Assembly: GCA_017964405.1 (NCBI GenBank)
Contig: JAGCSA010000018.1
Span: 1-53,639, forward strand
Length of the DNA stretch: 53,639 nucleotides
Direction of reading: 5' to 3'
Source: Bacilli bacterium
GTDB lineage: Bacteria > Bacillota_I > Bacilli_A > RF39 > UBA660
Position 1 is the first letter of the stretch, and every line of letters starts with the position of its first letter. A program made the position numbers and the translations under genes. Shown here piece by piece: positions 1 through 8,856 of this stretch. The notes beneath the pieces were generated by a model, which saw only the letters and a program-made list of their open reading frames with translations, was not told the origin of the DNA and did not search any database.

Positions 1-2
1 CA

Positions 3-140
3 CAAGCAAAGAAACTACTAACAAACGACAATGATGATACACCAATAAAAAAGACACCTGTCAAAAAACAAAAGATAGGTAGAAATGATCCATGTCCATG
101 TGGCAGTGGAAAGAAATACAAACAATGTCACGGTAAATAA
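3..140 (+). CDS. secA: Preprotein translocase SecA, C-terminal fragment (partial, not in ORF track)
   Basis: Frame from nt 3 reads ...[25 protein letters not shown], the SEC-C zinc motif; prfB-ftsEX synteny further downstream. Confidence 0.9.
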   Translation, partial: QAKKLLTNDNDDTPIKKTPVKKQKIGRNDPCPCGSGKKYKQCHGK

Positions 141-164
141 AAAGACTAGTAATAGTCTTTTTTT
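141..164 (+). terminator. Intrinsic terminator after secA
   Basis: AAAGACTA-gtaa-TAGTCTTT hairpin plus T-tract. Confidence 0.8.
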
Positions 165-223
165 ATATAATATGATAAAATCAAAATAAGATAAGTTATT
201 GTACACAAATAAGAAAGGAAATA

Positions 224-835
224 TTGTATATGAATGAATCAGACAATAATATGAGTCAGTTATTATCCAATAATAATCAAAACAATAAAAGTAAGAATCT
301 ATTAATAATATGTATAACATTGATTATAGTAACTTTGATTATTGGAATCGTAATCATTATAGTTGTAGTGAATAATTCTTCCACAAATAAAGAATCAGAT
401 AAGCATCAAGATATAAAAGAAGAAGTAGAGAAAACACCATTAGAGTTAGCAGAAGAAGAAAAAGAAAAATTAAAAAAAGCTCTTATGAATGAAGGATTTA
501 CCGCTTCAGATGATAGAATGGTTTTTGAAAAAAATGCAGGTATAATTTATGTGTTTTCATTTAGAAATTATTCATATAGTTCTAGTGGAAATGAGCTAAC
601 AGATTATTATTATTTATTAACTGATAGTGGTACCGGAAATTGGTTACCAGCAGATTCACAGGCTGTTGCAAATTATACCTATGATTTTAAAACAAATACG
701 GGAACATGCTTTTTAACTACTGCATATGGAACAACACCATGTACTTCCTATACATCTTTAATATCATTAAAAAGCAACTTTTTAACAATCATAAATAAAT
801 ATGGTATTGATTTAGATATTATGCTAAATAAATAG
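224..835 (+). CDS. Hypothetical single-pass membrane protein
   Basis: AAAGGA RBS; one long hydrophobic helix (LLIICITLII...VVV) then a Y/T/S-rich domain. Confidence 0.7.
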   Translation: MYMNESDNNMSQLLSNNNQNNKSKNLLIICITLIIVTLIIGIVIIIVVVNNSSTNKESDKHQDIKEEVEKTPLELAEEEKEKLKKALMNEGFTASDDRMVFEKNAGIIYVFSFRNYSYSSSGNELTDYYYLLTDSGTGNWLPADSQAVANYTYDFKTNTGTCFLTTAYGTTPCTSYTSLISLKSNFLTIINKYGIDLDIMLNK

Positions 836-858
836 GCTAGAGAAATCTAGTCTTTTTT
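834..858 (+). terminator. Intrinsic terminator
   Basis: AGGCTAGA-gaaa-TCTAGTCT plus T-tract. Confidence 0.7.
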
Positions 859-931
859 ATGAAATAATTAATGCAAATAGAATACAAATGTGATATTATG
901 AATATAGATAATAGAAGATAGGAGAATCGAT

Positions 932-2344
932 ATGAAGAAAAATGTAACTTTGTTATTTTTATTTTTAATGATTTTAACAGTTTTATCTCCCGTAATGAAA
1001 GTATTCGCATTAGAAGATGGGCAAACAGAATTAGAAGAAATTGTGATTACAGGAGAGATTTTAACAGAATCATTAGTACCAGGACCACTACCATCATATG
1101 AAGTAGAAACATCAACTCCACATGTTTCTATAGAAGCTTATGGAGATAATACAAATTGGTCATACTTAGATAATGGTGTTTGGCATGGATTTGGAGATGA
1201 AACTCCAACTGCTGAAGAAGGTGGACCATTCTATGCAATGAAATTATGTGTAAATTTATCAGATGGATATGTATTCACAGAAAACACTAAAATCATTTAT
1301 AACACAAGAAATATGTCAGAAGATACCTATTCAAGTATTACTGCCTATGATTGGGGAGGATATGTATACATTGATTTAGGACAAATCAATGCACCTGGAC
1401 CAGATATAGAGGGTAATGTCATTAAAAGAGTGGATATTACTGTAGATATGCCAAGAATTGGTGATAATATTACCATGACAGATGGATTCCAAACACAATA
1501 TGGAGTAAATATTCGGGAAGAAAATCTAGATATCTATGGACCAGATGGTGATGATACTCATAACTATATGTACATCGTTGATACCAACGGAGACTTCTTT
1601 GAAGGAAAATTACAAGCAAACACCGACTATGATATGATCATTTGGTTAGTATCATTTGAAGATTATGTTTTTGATGATAATTTAGAAATCTATGTGAATG
1701 GTGACTTTGTTGATCAATATAATTTAGAATCTGATCAAAGATTAGGAATCGATTATGTATTCCAACCAGAAGCTCCTGATGTAACCTATACCATTACAGC
1801 AGAAGGTGGAAAATATATTGCTGTATTTAGTTTACCAGAAGGATATGATTTTGAATTAGATGTTGTTGATATCTTATCTTATACACCAGAACAAATTGAG
1901 GCAATGTTTGATGTCCCTGCAGAAACGATTGAAGAAATCATTGCAACAATCAAAGAAAATGTTAAAGAATATGGAGAACTATTAAACCTATATGCAATTG
2001 ATATTTCAGGACCTGGAATTGGTTATTCAGATGCAGTAACCATTAAGATTTTATTGACAGATGAAATGAAAAAATATGATACATTAAAGTTCATCTTTGT
2101 AGATGAAAATAACAACTTTGTAATCCAAGAAATCCATGATAGTATTGGAACAGAAACAATTGATGGAAAAGAGTATGTTGTATTTGAATTAAACCACTTA
2201 AGTGCCTATGCATTAGTAGGATCTAATACCAATAACCCAGGAACAGCCGATAAAGTAATTTATTATGCAATTATGTTAGGTCTATGTACTTTAGGTCTTG
2301 CAGGATTAGGTATTTATACGAAGAAAAAATATTTTATAAAATAA
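932..2344 (+). CDS. Acidic cell-surface protein, probable sortase B substrate
   Basis: Signal peptide ending VFA; two similar beta-rich repeats (DGYVFTENTKIIYN / EDYVFDDNLEIYVN); C-terminal NPGTAD, TM helix and KKKYFIK tail. Confidence 0.8.
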   Translation: MKKNVTLLFLFLMILTVLSPVMKVFALEDGQTELEEIVITGEILTESLVPGPLPSYEVETSTPHVSIEAYGDNTNWSYLDNGVWHGFGDETPTAEEGGPFYAMKLCVNLSDGYVFTENTKIIYNTRNMSEDTYSSITAYDWGGYVYIDLGQINAPGPDIEGNVIKRVDITVDMPRIGDNITMTDGFQTQYGVNIREENLDIYGPDGDDTHNYMYIVDTNGDFFEGKLQANTDYDMIIWLVSFEDYVFDDNLEIYVNGDFVDQYNLESDQRLGIDYVFQPEAPDVTYTITAEGGKYIAVFSLPEGYDFELDVVDILSYTPEQIEAMFDVPAETIEEIIATIKENVKEYGELLNLYAIDISGPGIGYSDAVTIKILLTDEMKKYDTLKFIFVDENNNFVIQEIHDSIGTETIDGKEYVVFELNHLSAYALVGSNTNNPGTADKVIYYAIMLGLCTLGLAGLGIYTKKKYFIK

Positions 2345-2370
2345 AACAGGATGAATAATCCTGTTTTTTT
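2343..2370 (+). terminator. Intrinsic terminator
   Basis: AAAACAGGAT-gaata-ATCCTGTTTT plus T-tract. Confidence 0.8.
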
Positions 2371-2400
2371 ATTGTATAATGAGATAGAGAAGGTGAGTAT

Positions 2401-3135
2401 ATGAGAGTAGTTCGATTAAGACTATGGGTCATTATTGTATTAGCACTCCTATTTCTATCTGGTATCATATATTATGCCTCTAAAGTAATCATTTGGTATC
2501 AACACGTAAATGAGAATCAAGAAGTAATCAAAGAGATCAAAAAGAATATAAAAGTAAAAGAAGAAAAAGTAGAAATAGATTTTGATGCCTTAAAGGCTAT
2601 CAATCCAGATACCGTTGGTTATATTAAAGTCAATCATACCAATATCGATTATATTGTAGTAAAAGGAAATAATAATAATTATTATTTAAATCATAACTTC
2701 GAAAAGAAATGGAATGTAGCAGGATGGGTATTTGGAGATTATCGAAATCATTTTGATGAAACAGATAAGAATCTAATTATCTATGGTCATAATACAAAAG
2801 ATGGAAGTATGTTTGATAGTTTAATCAATGTATTAGAAAAAGATTGGTATAAGAATCCAGAGAATCATATCATTACTCTTATAACAGAAATGGGTACTTA
2901 TCAATATCAAGTCTTTTCAACCTATTCTATTATTCCAGAAGAATACTATATAACAACCTATTTTTCATCGGATGATCAATTTGAAAAGTTTGTAAAAGAA
3001 TTAAAAACAAGATCCATCTATGACTATGAAGTAGAAGTATCAGGAGAAGATCAAATCCTAACACTATCTAGTTGTATTGGAGAGGGCTATAAAAGAGTAG
3101 TACTTCATGCAAAATTAATAGAGAAAGAGGAATAA
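2401..3135 (+). CDS. srtB: Class B sortase
   Basis: N-terminal TM; LKAINPDTVGYI, NNYYLNHNF, IIYGHN, TLSSC and RVVLHA motifs. Confidence 0.92.
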   Translation: MRVVRLRLWVIIVLALLFLSGIIYYASKVIIWYQHVNENQEVIKEIKKNIKVKEEKVEIDFDALKAINPDTVGYIKVNHTNIDYIVVKGNNNNYYLNHNFEKKWNVAGWVFGDYRNHFDETDKNLIIYGHNTKDGSMFDSLINVLEKDWYKNPENHIITLITEMGTYQYQVFSTYSIIPEEYYITTYFSSDDQFEKFVKELKTRSIYDYEVEVSGEDQILTLSSCIGEGYKRVVLHAKLIEKEE

Positions 3136-3179
3136 AGGATTCATAATTCTAATATGATATAATAAGAAGGGTGAATAAA

Positions 3180-3767
3180 ATGGAAGAAAATACAAATAAA
3201 GAAAAAAAGAAAAATGGAGAAAAAATCCTGATAGCAATCATCATGGTATTAGCATGTATATCTATTGTGGGAGGAATTCTATTAAATAGTAAGCAAAAAG
3301 AAACAGAACCAGTAGAACAAGCGGAAGCAAGTAGTAATCAAAATATAAGTGAGGAAGAAGCTATCCAAATAGGAACAGAATTATGGGAATTTGCATTTGA
3401 CCAATACTGGGATGGAAAATGTGATTTATCACGAGAAGAAGTAAGAAGTAAGTTTGCAAAAGATACCATGATTTTAGCACCAGAACCTGTTTCGATTTTG
3501 AATTTTGATGATTTTATACATGATAATCAGGAAGAATGCAAAGGAGCAGGAAGAGAAAAACTTCATCATTATAAGAAGACAACTCTTCAATTTTCAAGAC
3601 AATCTGAAACAGAAATTGATTTCATTGCGGTAACAGAGTTATGTGGAGAAGATACTTGTAGTGAATCATCTGAGACAGTGGAAACCATTGATATGGATTT
3701 CTATATTGCAAAAGAAAATGGAGAATATGTAATATTCCATTACTATCTACCTGTTCTTCCAGAATAA
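3180..3767 (+). CDS. Hypothetical membrane-anchored protein
   Basis: N-terminal TM, acidic domain with 4 Cys; ATG 3180 chosen from the AAGGGTGA RBS (ORF track 3171). Confidence 0.65.
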   Translation: MEENTNKEKKKNGEKILIAIIMVLACISIVGGILLNSKQKETEPVEQAEASSNQNISEEEAIQIGTELWEFAFDQYWDGKCDLSREEVRSKFAKDTMILAPEPVSILNFDDFIHDNQEECKGAGREKLHHYKKTTLQFSRQSETEIDFIAVTELCGEDTCSESSETVETIDMDFYIAKENGEYVIFHYYLPVLPE

Positions 3768-3800
3768 AAAAGTAGTATAATAAAAATATCGGGAGGGTTT

Positions 3801-4424
3801 ATGAAAAAAGATAGTTTTAAGGTCGAATTAGATAAATTCGAAAATGATAACATCCGAGTTAGTGCAGAAACAATGCTAGAGATGCTTCCAGATTACTTTT
3901 TTGAAATACCAGCATCATCATCTGGAAGATTTCATCCTGCTTTCTCATTAGGAGAAGGAGGACTGGTAAGACATGTAAAAGTAGCAATGAGGCTACTCGA
4001 AGAAATCTTTAGAGATGAAGTTTTTGGAACCTATGATTCTCATACAAAAGATTTAATGAGAATGGCTCTATTATTACATGATGGATTTAAATCAGGAGTT
4101 GTCTATTCAGGACATACGAATCCAGATCATCCAGTCATCATGCATGATTTTATTTTGAAGAATAAAGAGAAACTATTAATCAATGAAAAAGATGCAGAGT
4201 TTGTAGCAAATTTAATTCTTTCTCATATGGGTCCATGGAATAAAGACAAAGATGGACATGAAATTATGCCAGTTCCTAAAACAAGAGAAGAAAGAATTAT
4301 TCATGAATGCGATTACTTTGCTTCTAGAAACTTCCTAAATGTTCATTTTATTGATAATGAAATAGCAGATAGTGCAGAGAGAGGAAAAGTATTTCAAAAG
4401 AAAGAGAATGAAGTGACAAATTAA
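3801..4424 (+). CDS. HD-domain metal-dependent phosphohydrolase
   Basis: PASSSGRFHP...GGLVRH...LLHDG...SHMG...HECD motif order. Confidence 0.85.
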   Translation: MKKDSFKVELDKFENDNIRVSAETMLEMLPDYFFEIPASSSGRFHPAFSLGEGGLVRHVKVAMRLLEEIFRDEVFGTYDSHTKDLMRMALLLHDGFKSGVVYSGHTNPDHPVIMHDFILKNKEKLLINEKDAEFVANLILSHMGPWNKDKDGHEIMPVPKTREERIIHECDYFASRNFLNVHFIDNEIADSAERGKVFQKKENEVTN

Positions 4425-4445
4425 GACTAGTGATAGTCTTTTTTT
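4423..4445 (+). terminator. Intrinsic terminator, near-identical to the secA terminator
   Basis: AAGACTA-gtga-TAGTCTT plus T-tract. Confidence 0.8.
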
Positions 4446-4505
4446 GATAAAAACAACAGGAATAAAACAAATTATGTTATGATGAAAATAGAGGGAAGTG
4501 AAAAT

Positions 4506-5243
4506 ATGAATCGATTAAAAGATAAGATATGTATCATTACAGGAGCAAATTCAGGTTTCGGTGCTGAAATGACAAAGTTATTTACCGAAGAGGGAGCAAA
4601 AGTAGTAGCAGCAGATTATAATCCTGCTATTATGGAAAAATATGCAGGAAATGAGAATGTAACACCAGTTATCTGTGATGTTACAAAAGAAGATCAAGTA
4701 CAAAACATGGTAAATGTTGCTAGAGAAAAATATGGAAGACTAGATGTATTGTGCAATAATGCAGGAATCAATAATAAGACACCTTATAGAGTACATGAAT
4801 ATCCTGTAGAAGAATGGGATCAATTATATAATGTCTTAGTAAGAGGAGCATTCCTTGTCATGAAAGAAAGCTTAAAATTAATGCTTGAAAGTGGTGGAGG
4901 AAGTGTTATCAATACAGGATCTATTGGTGGATTTAGAGCAACTCCCGGAAGTACAGCCTATTGTTCTGCAAAAGGAGCTATTCGGATGATGACTACGAAT
5001 GCTGCATTAGAATATGTAAAAGATAATATTAGAATTAATTCCGTATGTCCAGGTATCTTTAATACCGCAATCTTAGATGGACTAAAACCAGATGTATTAG
5101 ACTTCTTAGCACAACAAGTACCAATGGGTTATATTGGAGAACCAATTGATATGGCATATCTTGCTTTATTCTTAGCAAGTGATGAATCTAAATATATTAC
5201 AGGACAAAGTATCCTAATCGATGGTGGAAGAAGCTGTCAATAG
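4506..5243 (+). CDS. Short-chain dehydrogenase/reductase
   Basis: TGANSGFG, NNAG, YCSAK catalytic motif, ITGQSILIDGG; ATG 4506 preferred over 4479. Confidence 0.95.
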   Translation: MNRLKDKICIITGANSGFGAEMTKLFTEEGAKVVAADYNPAIMEKYAGNENVTPVICDVTKEDQVQNMVNVAREKYGRLDVLCNNAGINNKTPYRVHEYPVEEWDQLYNVLVRGAFLVMKESLKLMLESGGGSVINTGSIGGFRATPGSTAYCSAKGAIRMMTTNAALEYVKDNIRINSVCPGIFNTAILDGLKPDVLDFLAQQVPMGYIGEPIDMAYLALFLASDESKYITGQSILIDGGRSCQ

Positions 5244-5245
5244 TG

Positions 5246-5270
5246 AAAAAGACTCAAAGAGTCTTTTTTT
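5246..5270 (+). terminator. Intrinsic terminator
   Basis: AAAAAGACTC-aaa-GAGTCTTTTT. Confidence 0.8.
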
Positions 5271-5314
5271 AATAGAAAGAAGTATATGATATAATAAAAT
5301 AGGGAGTGATTCTT

Positions 5315-6169
5315 ATGTATGATATAAATGTATTAGAGACACTAGTTCGTTCCAATTTATCAGAGGAAGAAGTCTGCAAACAAGTATTGGAAATGAATCC
5401 AATTGCAACAAAACAAAAATATGCAAATGATGAAGAACAACCAATTGGAATCTATGTAGGAGGATTAGGAGAACAAGATTTAGTAACCGTGAATGCTTGG
5501 ATGTATCCACTTACAATGAAGTTTGATGATCGATCTATCTACGTTGATTTGATTCATCTAATTCGAAAAAAACTAGCAGAGGGAGAAGAATCCTTCGAAA
5601 AAGCAGTCATGAAATCTATTCGTATTCTATCAAAAAAATGGTTTCACGAAGTAAAAGATGAAGAATCTAAAAAGAATGCAGAGCTAGCAAAATACTACAT
5701 GGATAACTATAAAAACCCTGCTCATCAAAGAGATGGTTATGCTGGAGACCTACGAGTATCCTATGAAGATGAAGAATCACAAAGAACTATCTATGGAATA
5801 TCGAAAATGAAAGGGGTAGGAGATTTAGCAAAATGTGTAGAAGTAAATGCACTTGCCTGCAATCTACTCGCATTCTGTGGCCTAGAACCAGTATTAATTC
5901 AAGGATATTATGTAAATTATAATGGAACAAGAGAAGCACATACATTCCCTGTTTATAAAAACAAAGAAGGAAATTATACATTACTGGATTGTATCTTAAA
6001 GATACAAAAGAAAAATGTTCTACCAGGAGATACCAATTTTGAATTAGGAGTTTCATTTGAAATACCAATGTTACTACAATATCCAGATGGAAGAGAAAAA
6101 GAAGTAGTTGTCATGTATACATGTCCTCCTCAAAAGAAAGTAGAAAAAAAAGAAAATCAAATGAGTTAA
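5315..6169 (+). CDS. Hypothetical protein, possible transglutaminase/papain-like Cys-His-Asp fold
   Basis: AKCVEVNALACNLL...EAHTFPVY...YTLLD; TGaTATAAT promoter and GGGAG RBS upstream. Confidence 0.55.
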   Translation: MYDINVLETLVRSNLSEEEVCKQVLEMNPIATKQKYANDEEQPIGIYVGGLGEQDLVTVNAWMYPLTMKFDDRSIYVDLIHLIRKKLAEGEESFEKAVMKSIRILSKKWFHEVKDEESKKNAELAKYYMDNYKNPAHQRDGYAGDLRVSYEDEESQRTIYGISKMKGVGDLAKCVEVNALACNLLAFCGLEPVLIQGYYVNYNGTREAHTFPVYKNKEGNYTLLDCILKIQKKNVLPGDTNFELGVSFEIPMLLQYPDGREKEVVVMYTCPPQKKVEKKENQMS

Positions 6170-6246
6170 AACACAACTCAACCATTGGTATGTGTAATAA
6201 AACCAATAATAGTACTATACTGAAGTCATGAAAGGAGAGAAAGTTC

Positions 6247-6300
6247 ATGGATTTAGTAAAAATAGGAAAACAGATCGCTGATTGTAGAAAAAAGAAATGA
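6247..6300 (+). pseudogene. Remnant 5' end of an XRE-family HTH regulator
   Basis: AAGGAG RBS then MDLVKIGKQIADCRKKK*, a typical XRE N-terminus that stops before the HTH; terminator at 6310-6334. Confidence 0.7.
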
Positions 6301-6372
6301 CAAAAGAATAGTTGAGCAAATGCTCAACTTTTTTGATGAATCATGTTATACTTTTCTTAGGAGGGTTCAGTT

Positions 6373-7056
6373 ATGTTAAGATATACCAATTATGATCATC
6401 TAGATATGAATGAAGAATTAAATAAAATAGAAAATAGTAAGAAAGCAGTACTTGCACTAGAACCAAGAAATAAGAAATGTTTGTTTATTTTAGGAATGTT
6501 ATTTGTACAAGGAGTTCCCATCAAATTATTGAATGAACAAGATTTGAATTTTGAAGGAGCAAAATCCTTCCCTAAAATGGCACATGTATGGAGTACTATC
6601 GAAGATTATAAAGAGGATGGATTCACGTTAGAAAAAATAGAAAATCATCCAATCAATAAAAAAATATTTTTAATTTGCCCTGTCAGAAATGCAACAGAAG
6701 AACAAAGAAAGTGGATAGAAGATTTTGTAGAAGAAAAACAAGAAAATGGCTATATCGTACATGCACCTCATCTTCATACCAATCAAAATGATCCGATTGG
6801 AGGAGGCTATTCGATCTGCAAACAAAATGCTAAAGCAGTAGCATCTTCAGAGGAAATAGATGTCTATTATGATCAAACGAGTACCGGAAGTGTATTTGAT
6901 TTAGGAGTAGCATATGCTCTTCATAAGCCATTAAGAATCTTAAATCCAGAAGAGATTCTATTTGAGGAAGAAGATCAAATTGATCAAATCGTACAAAACT
7001 GGCCTTACAATGAAATCGCAAAACAAAAAATTAAACAAGAACAACCAAAAGACTAA
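6373..7056 (+). CDS. Nucleoside 2-deoxyribosyltransferase (NDT)-like protein
   Basis: KIFLICP...GYIVHAPH...STGSVFDLGVAYALHKP resembles the NDT SxGtxxElGxAxAlxKP motif. Confidence 0.6.
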   Translation: MLRYTNYDHLDMNEELNKIENSKKAVLALEPRNKKCLFILGMLFVQGVPIKLLNEQDLNFEGAKSFPKMAHVWSTIEDYKEDGFTLEKIENHPINKKIFLICPVRNATEEQRKWIEDFVEEKQENGYIVHAPHLHTNQNDPIGGGYSICKQNAKAVASSEEIDVYYDQTSTGSVFDLGVAYALHKPLRILNPEEILFEEEDQIDQIVQNWPYNEIAKQKIKQEQPKD

Positions 7057-7077
7057 AAAAGTCTTTTTTGTTATAAT
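7047..7077 (+). promoter_or_regulatory. Terminator overlapping an extended -10 promoter
   Basis: AAAAGACT-aaaaa-AGTCTTTT whose T-tract runs into TGtTATAAT (7069-7077). Confidence 0.7.
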
Positions 7078-7096
7078 AAATGTAGGAGGAATCCAT

Positions 7097-7624
7097 ATGT
7101 TAAAACTAATAGATGCAGAAGAAAAATATTTAGAAGAATATAAAGAAGCTTATGAACTATCTCTAGAAAAAATAAGAGAAGGTTTGATTAAGAAACATGA
7201 TTTGATGTTTCTAAATCCAGAAGAAGATATTATTACAAGAATGATAGATAATCGAGATAAAACAAAACTACCACCAACTTATGTGCCTTCTTATGACTAT
7301 TTCGAAGTAGATGAATATCAATTCATTGGAGTAATCCATATCAGGGAAGAACTAACGCCTGCTTTATTAAATTATGGAGGTCATATTGGGTATGGAGTAA
7401 ATCCCAAATATTGGAGAAAGGGATATGGAACAAAAATTTTAAGATTAGGATTAGAAAAAGGGAAAACCATCATTAAGGAAGATAATATATTAATAACATG
7501 TGATGATGATAATATAGGATCTTATAAAATCATAGAAAAAAATGGTGGTATATTAGAAAATAAAGTAGAAAATGAAGATTGTGGAGAAAAATTCTTAACA
7601 AGAAGATACTGGATCCATAAATAA
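7097..7624 (+). CDS. GNAT-family N-acetyltransferase
   Basis: GGHIGYGVNPKYWRKGYGT and ITCDDDNIGSYKIIEKNGG; ATG 7097 after AGGAGG (ORF-track start 6962 overlaps the upstream gene). Confidence 0.92.
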   Translation: MLKLIDAEEKYLEEYKEAYELSLEKIREGLIKKHDLMFLNPEEDIITRMIDNRDKTKLPPTYVPSYDYFEVDEYQFIGVIHIREELTPALLNYGGHIGYGVNPKYWRKGYGTKILRLGLEKGKTIIKEDNILITCDDDNIGSYKIIEKNGGILENKVENEDCGEKFLTRRYWIHK

Positions 7625-7678
7625 TACTTGATATTTGAAGCAAGAAATGGTAGGATAAAAACCATTGGAAGTGAAACA

Positions 7679-8467
7679 ATGAAATTATTTATCGGATGTT
7701 CATCCAGTGATCAAATCCCTCAAAAATATTTAAAAGATTGTGAAGAATATTTAAAGAAAGTATTAAAAAATCAAGAACTAGTATTTGGGGCATGTCCAAC
7801 AGGATTAATGGGAATATCTTATCGAATTGCAAAAGAATATCAAGAACCAGTAACAGGAATATGTCCAGAAGCTTATAAAGAAGACTTACAATATCTAGAC
7901 TGTGAAACGGAAGTATTAACAACATCTATTTCAGATAGAACAGATAAAGCAGTGGAATACTCGGATGCTTTAATCTTTCTACCAGGGGGAATAGGAACCA
8001 TCTATGAATTTATGACAGCCGTTGAGTCAAAAAGAAATCATGAATTTGATAAACCAATTATTCTTTATAATTCCCATCATTTCTTTGATAAACAATTGGA
8101 ATGTTTAGAAAAAATTTATCAAGAAGGATTTACAGGAGAAAAAGTAAAAAAATGTTATCATGTATCAGATTCAGCTGAAGATACATTAGAATATTTAGGA
8201 ATTAAGAAAAGAACATATCATTTAATGACTGCAGAAGGAAAAATAATAGAAAGCATGATTCCAGGAACCATTGGTGGTAATAAGAAATTAAAAATCTATG
8301 GAAAATTAGATTGCCCATCTGCTAAGAGATGGATTGAAAAAGGATATTACAAAAAGAATAGAGTATTCTTCCCAGATGAAGAAACGGCAAAACAAGCAGG
8401 ATACCGACCTTGTGCTTGTTGTATGAGAGAGGAATACCAAGAATGGAAAAGTCAAAAAACAAAGTGA
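7679..8467 (+). CDS. LOG-family nucleotide phosphoribohydrolase fused to an Ada-type metal-binding domain
   Basis: LPGGIGTIYE LOG motif; C-terminal GGNKKLKIYGKLDCPS...RVFF...AGYRPCACC. Confidence 0.85.
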   Translation: MKLFIGCSSSDQIPQKYLKDCEEYLKKVLKNQELVFGACPTGLMGISYRIAKEYQEPVTGICPEAYKEDLQYLDCETEVLTTSISDRTDKAVEYSDALIFLPGGIGTIYEFMTAVESKRNHEFDKPIILYNSHHFFDKQLECLEKIYQEGFTGEKVKKCYHVSDSAEDTLEYLGIKKRTYHLMTAEGKIIESMIPGTIGGNKKLKIYGKLDCPSAKRWIEKGYYKKNRVFFPDEETAKQAGYRPCACCMREEYQEWKSQKTK

Positions 8468-8486
8468 TGGATACATCACTTTTTTT
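8461..8486 (+). terminator. Intrinsic terminator
   Basis: AAAGTGATG-gata-CATCACTTT plus T-tract. Confidence 0.8.
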
Positions 8487-8614
8487 CATGATTTCCCATA
8501 TTATTCTCATTTTTATCCCACATTCTTTGTATAAAATTATCATTAGGAGGAGGGAAATTTGCAAAACAATGATATAATAAAAGAAAGATAAAGTAGGAAA
8601 GAAAGGTGATTCAA

Positions 8615-8845
8615 ATGAAAGATAAAATTATTATATTTATAGTAGGATTATTATTAGGCTCTATTATTTCAACAGCATCTATCTATGTTTATACAATTGC
8701 GAATAATAATAACAATAATAATGGACCTATGATGGAAATGCCAAATGGACAACCACCAGAGATGCCTAATGGAGGGCAAGGAGGTACTCCACCACAAATG
8801 CCAAACAATAACAACAATCAACAAAATACAAATCAAGAAGCATAG
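8615..8845 (+). CDS. Small membrane protein with N/Q/P/G-rich tail
   Basis: TM helix then PPEMPNGGQGGTPPQMPNNN; AAAGGTGA RBS. Confidence 0.75.
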   Translation: MKDKIIIFIVGLLLGSIISTASIYVYTIANNNNNNNGPMMEMPNGQPPEMPNGGQGGTPPQMPNNNNNQQNTNQEA

Positions 8846-8856
8846 AGAGGGATAGT

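Noticed and set aside
6373-8467. Retron or Thoeris system (NDT and SLOG domains)
   Set aside because: No reverse transcriptase, msr-msd, SIR2 or clear TIR partner nearby
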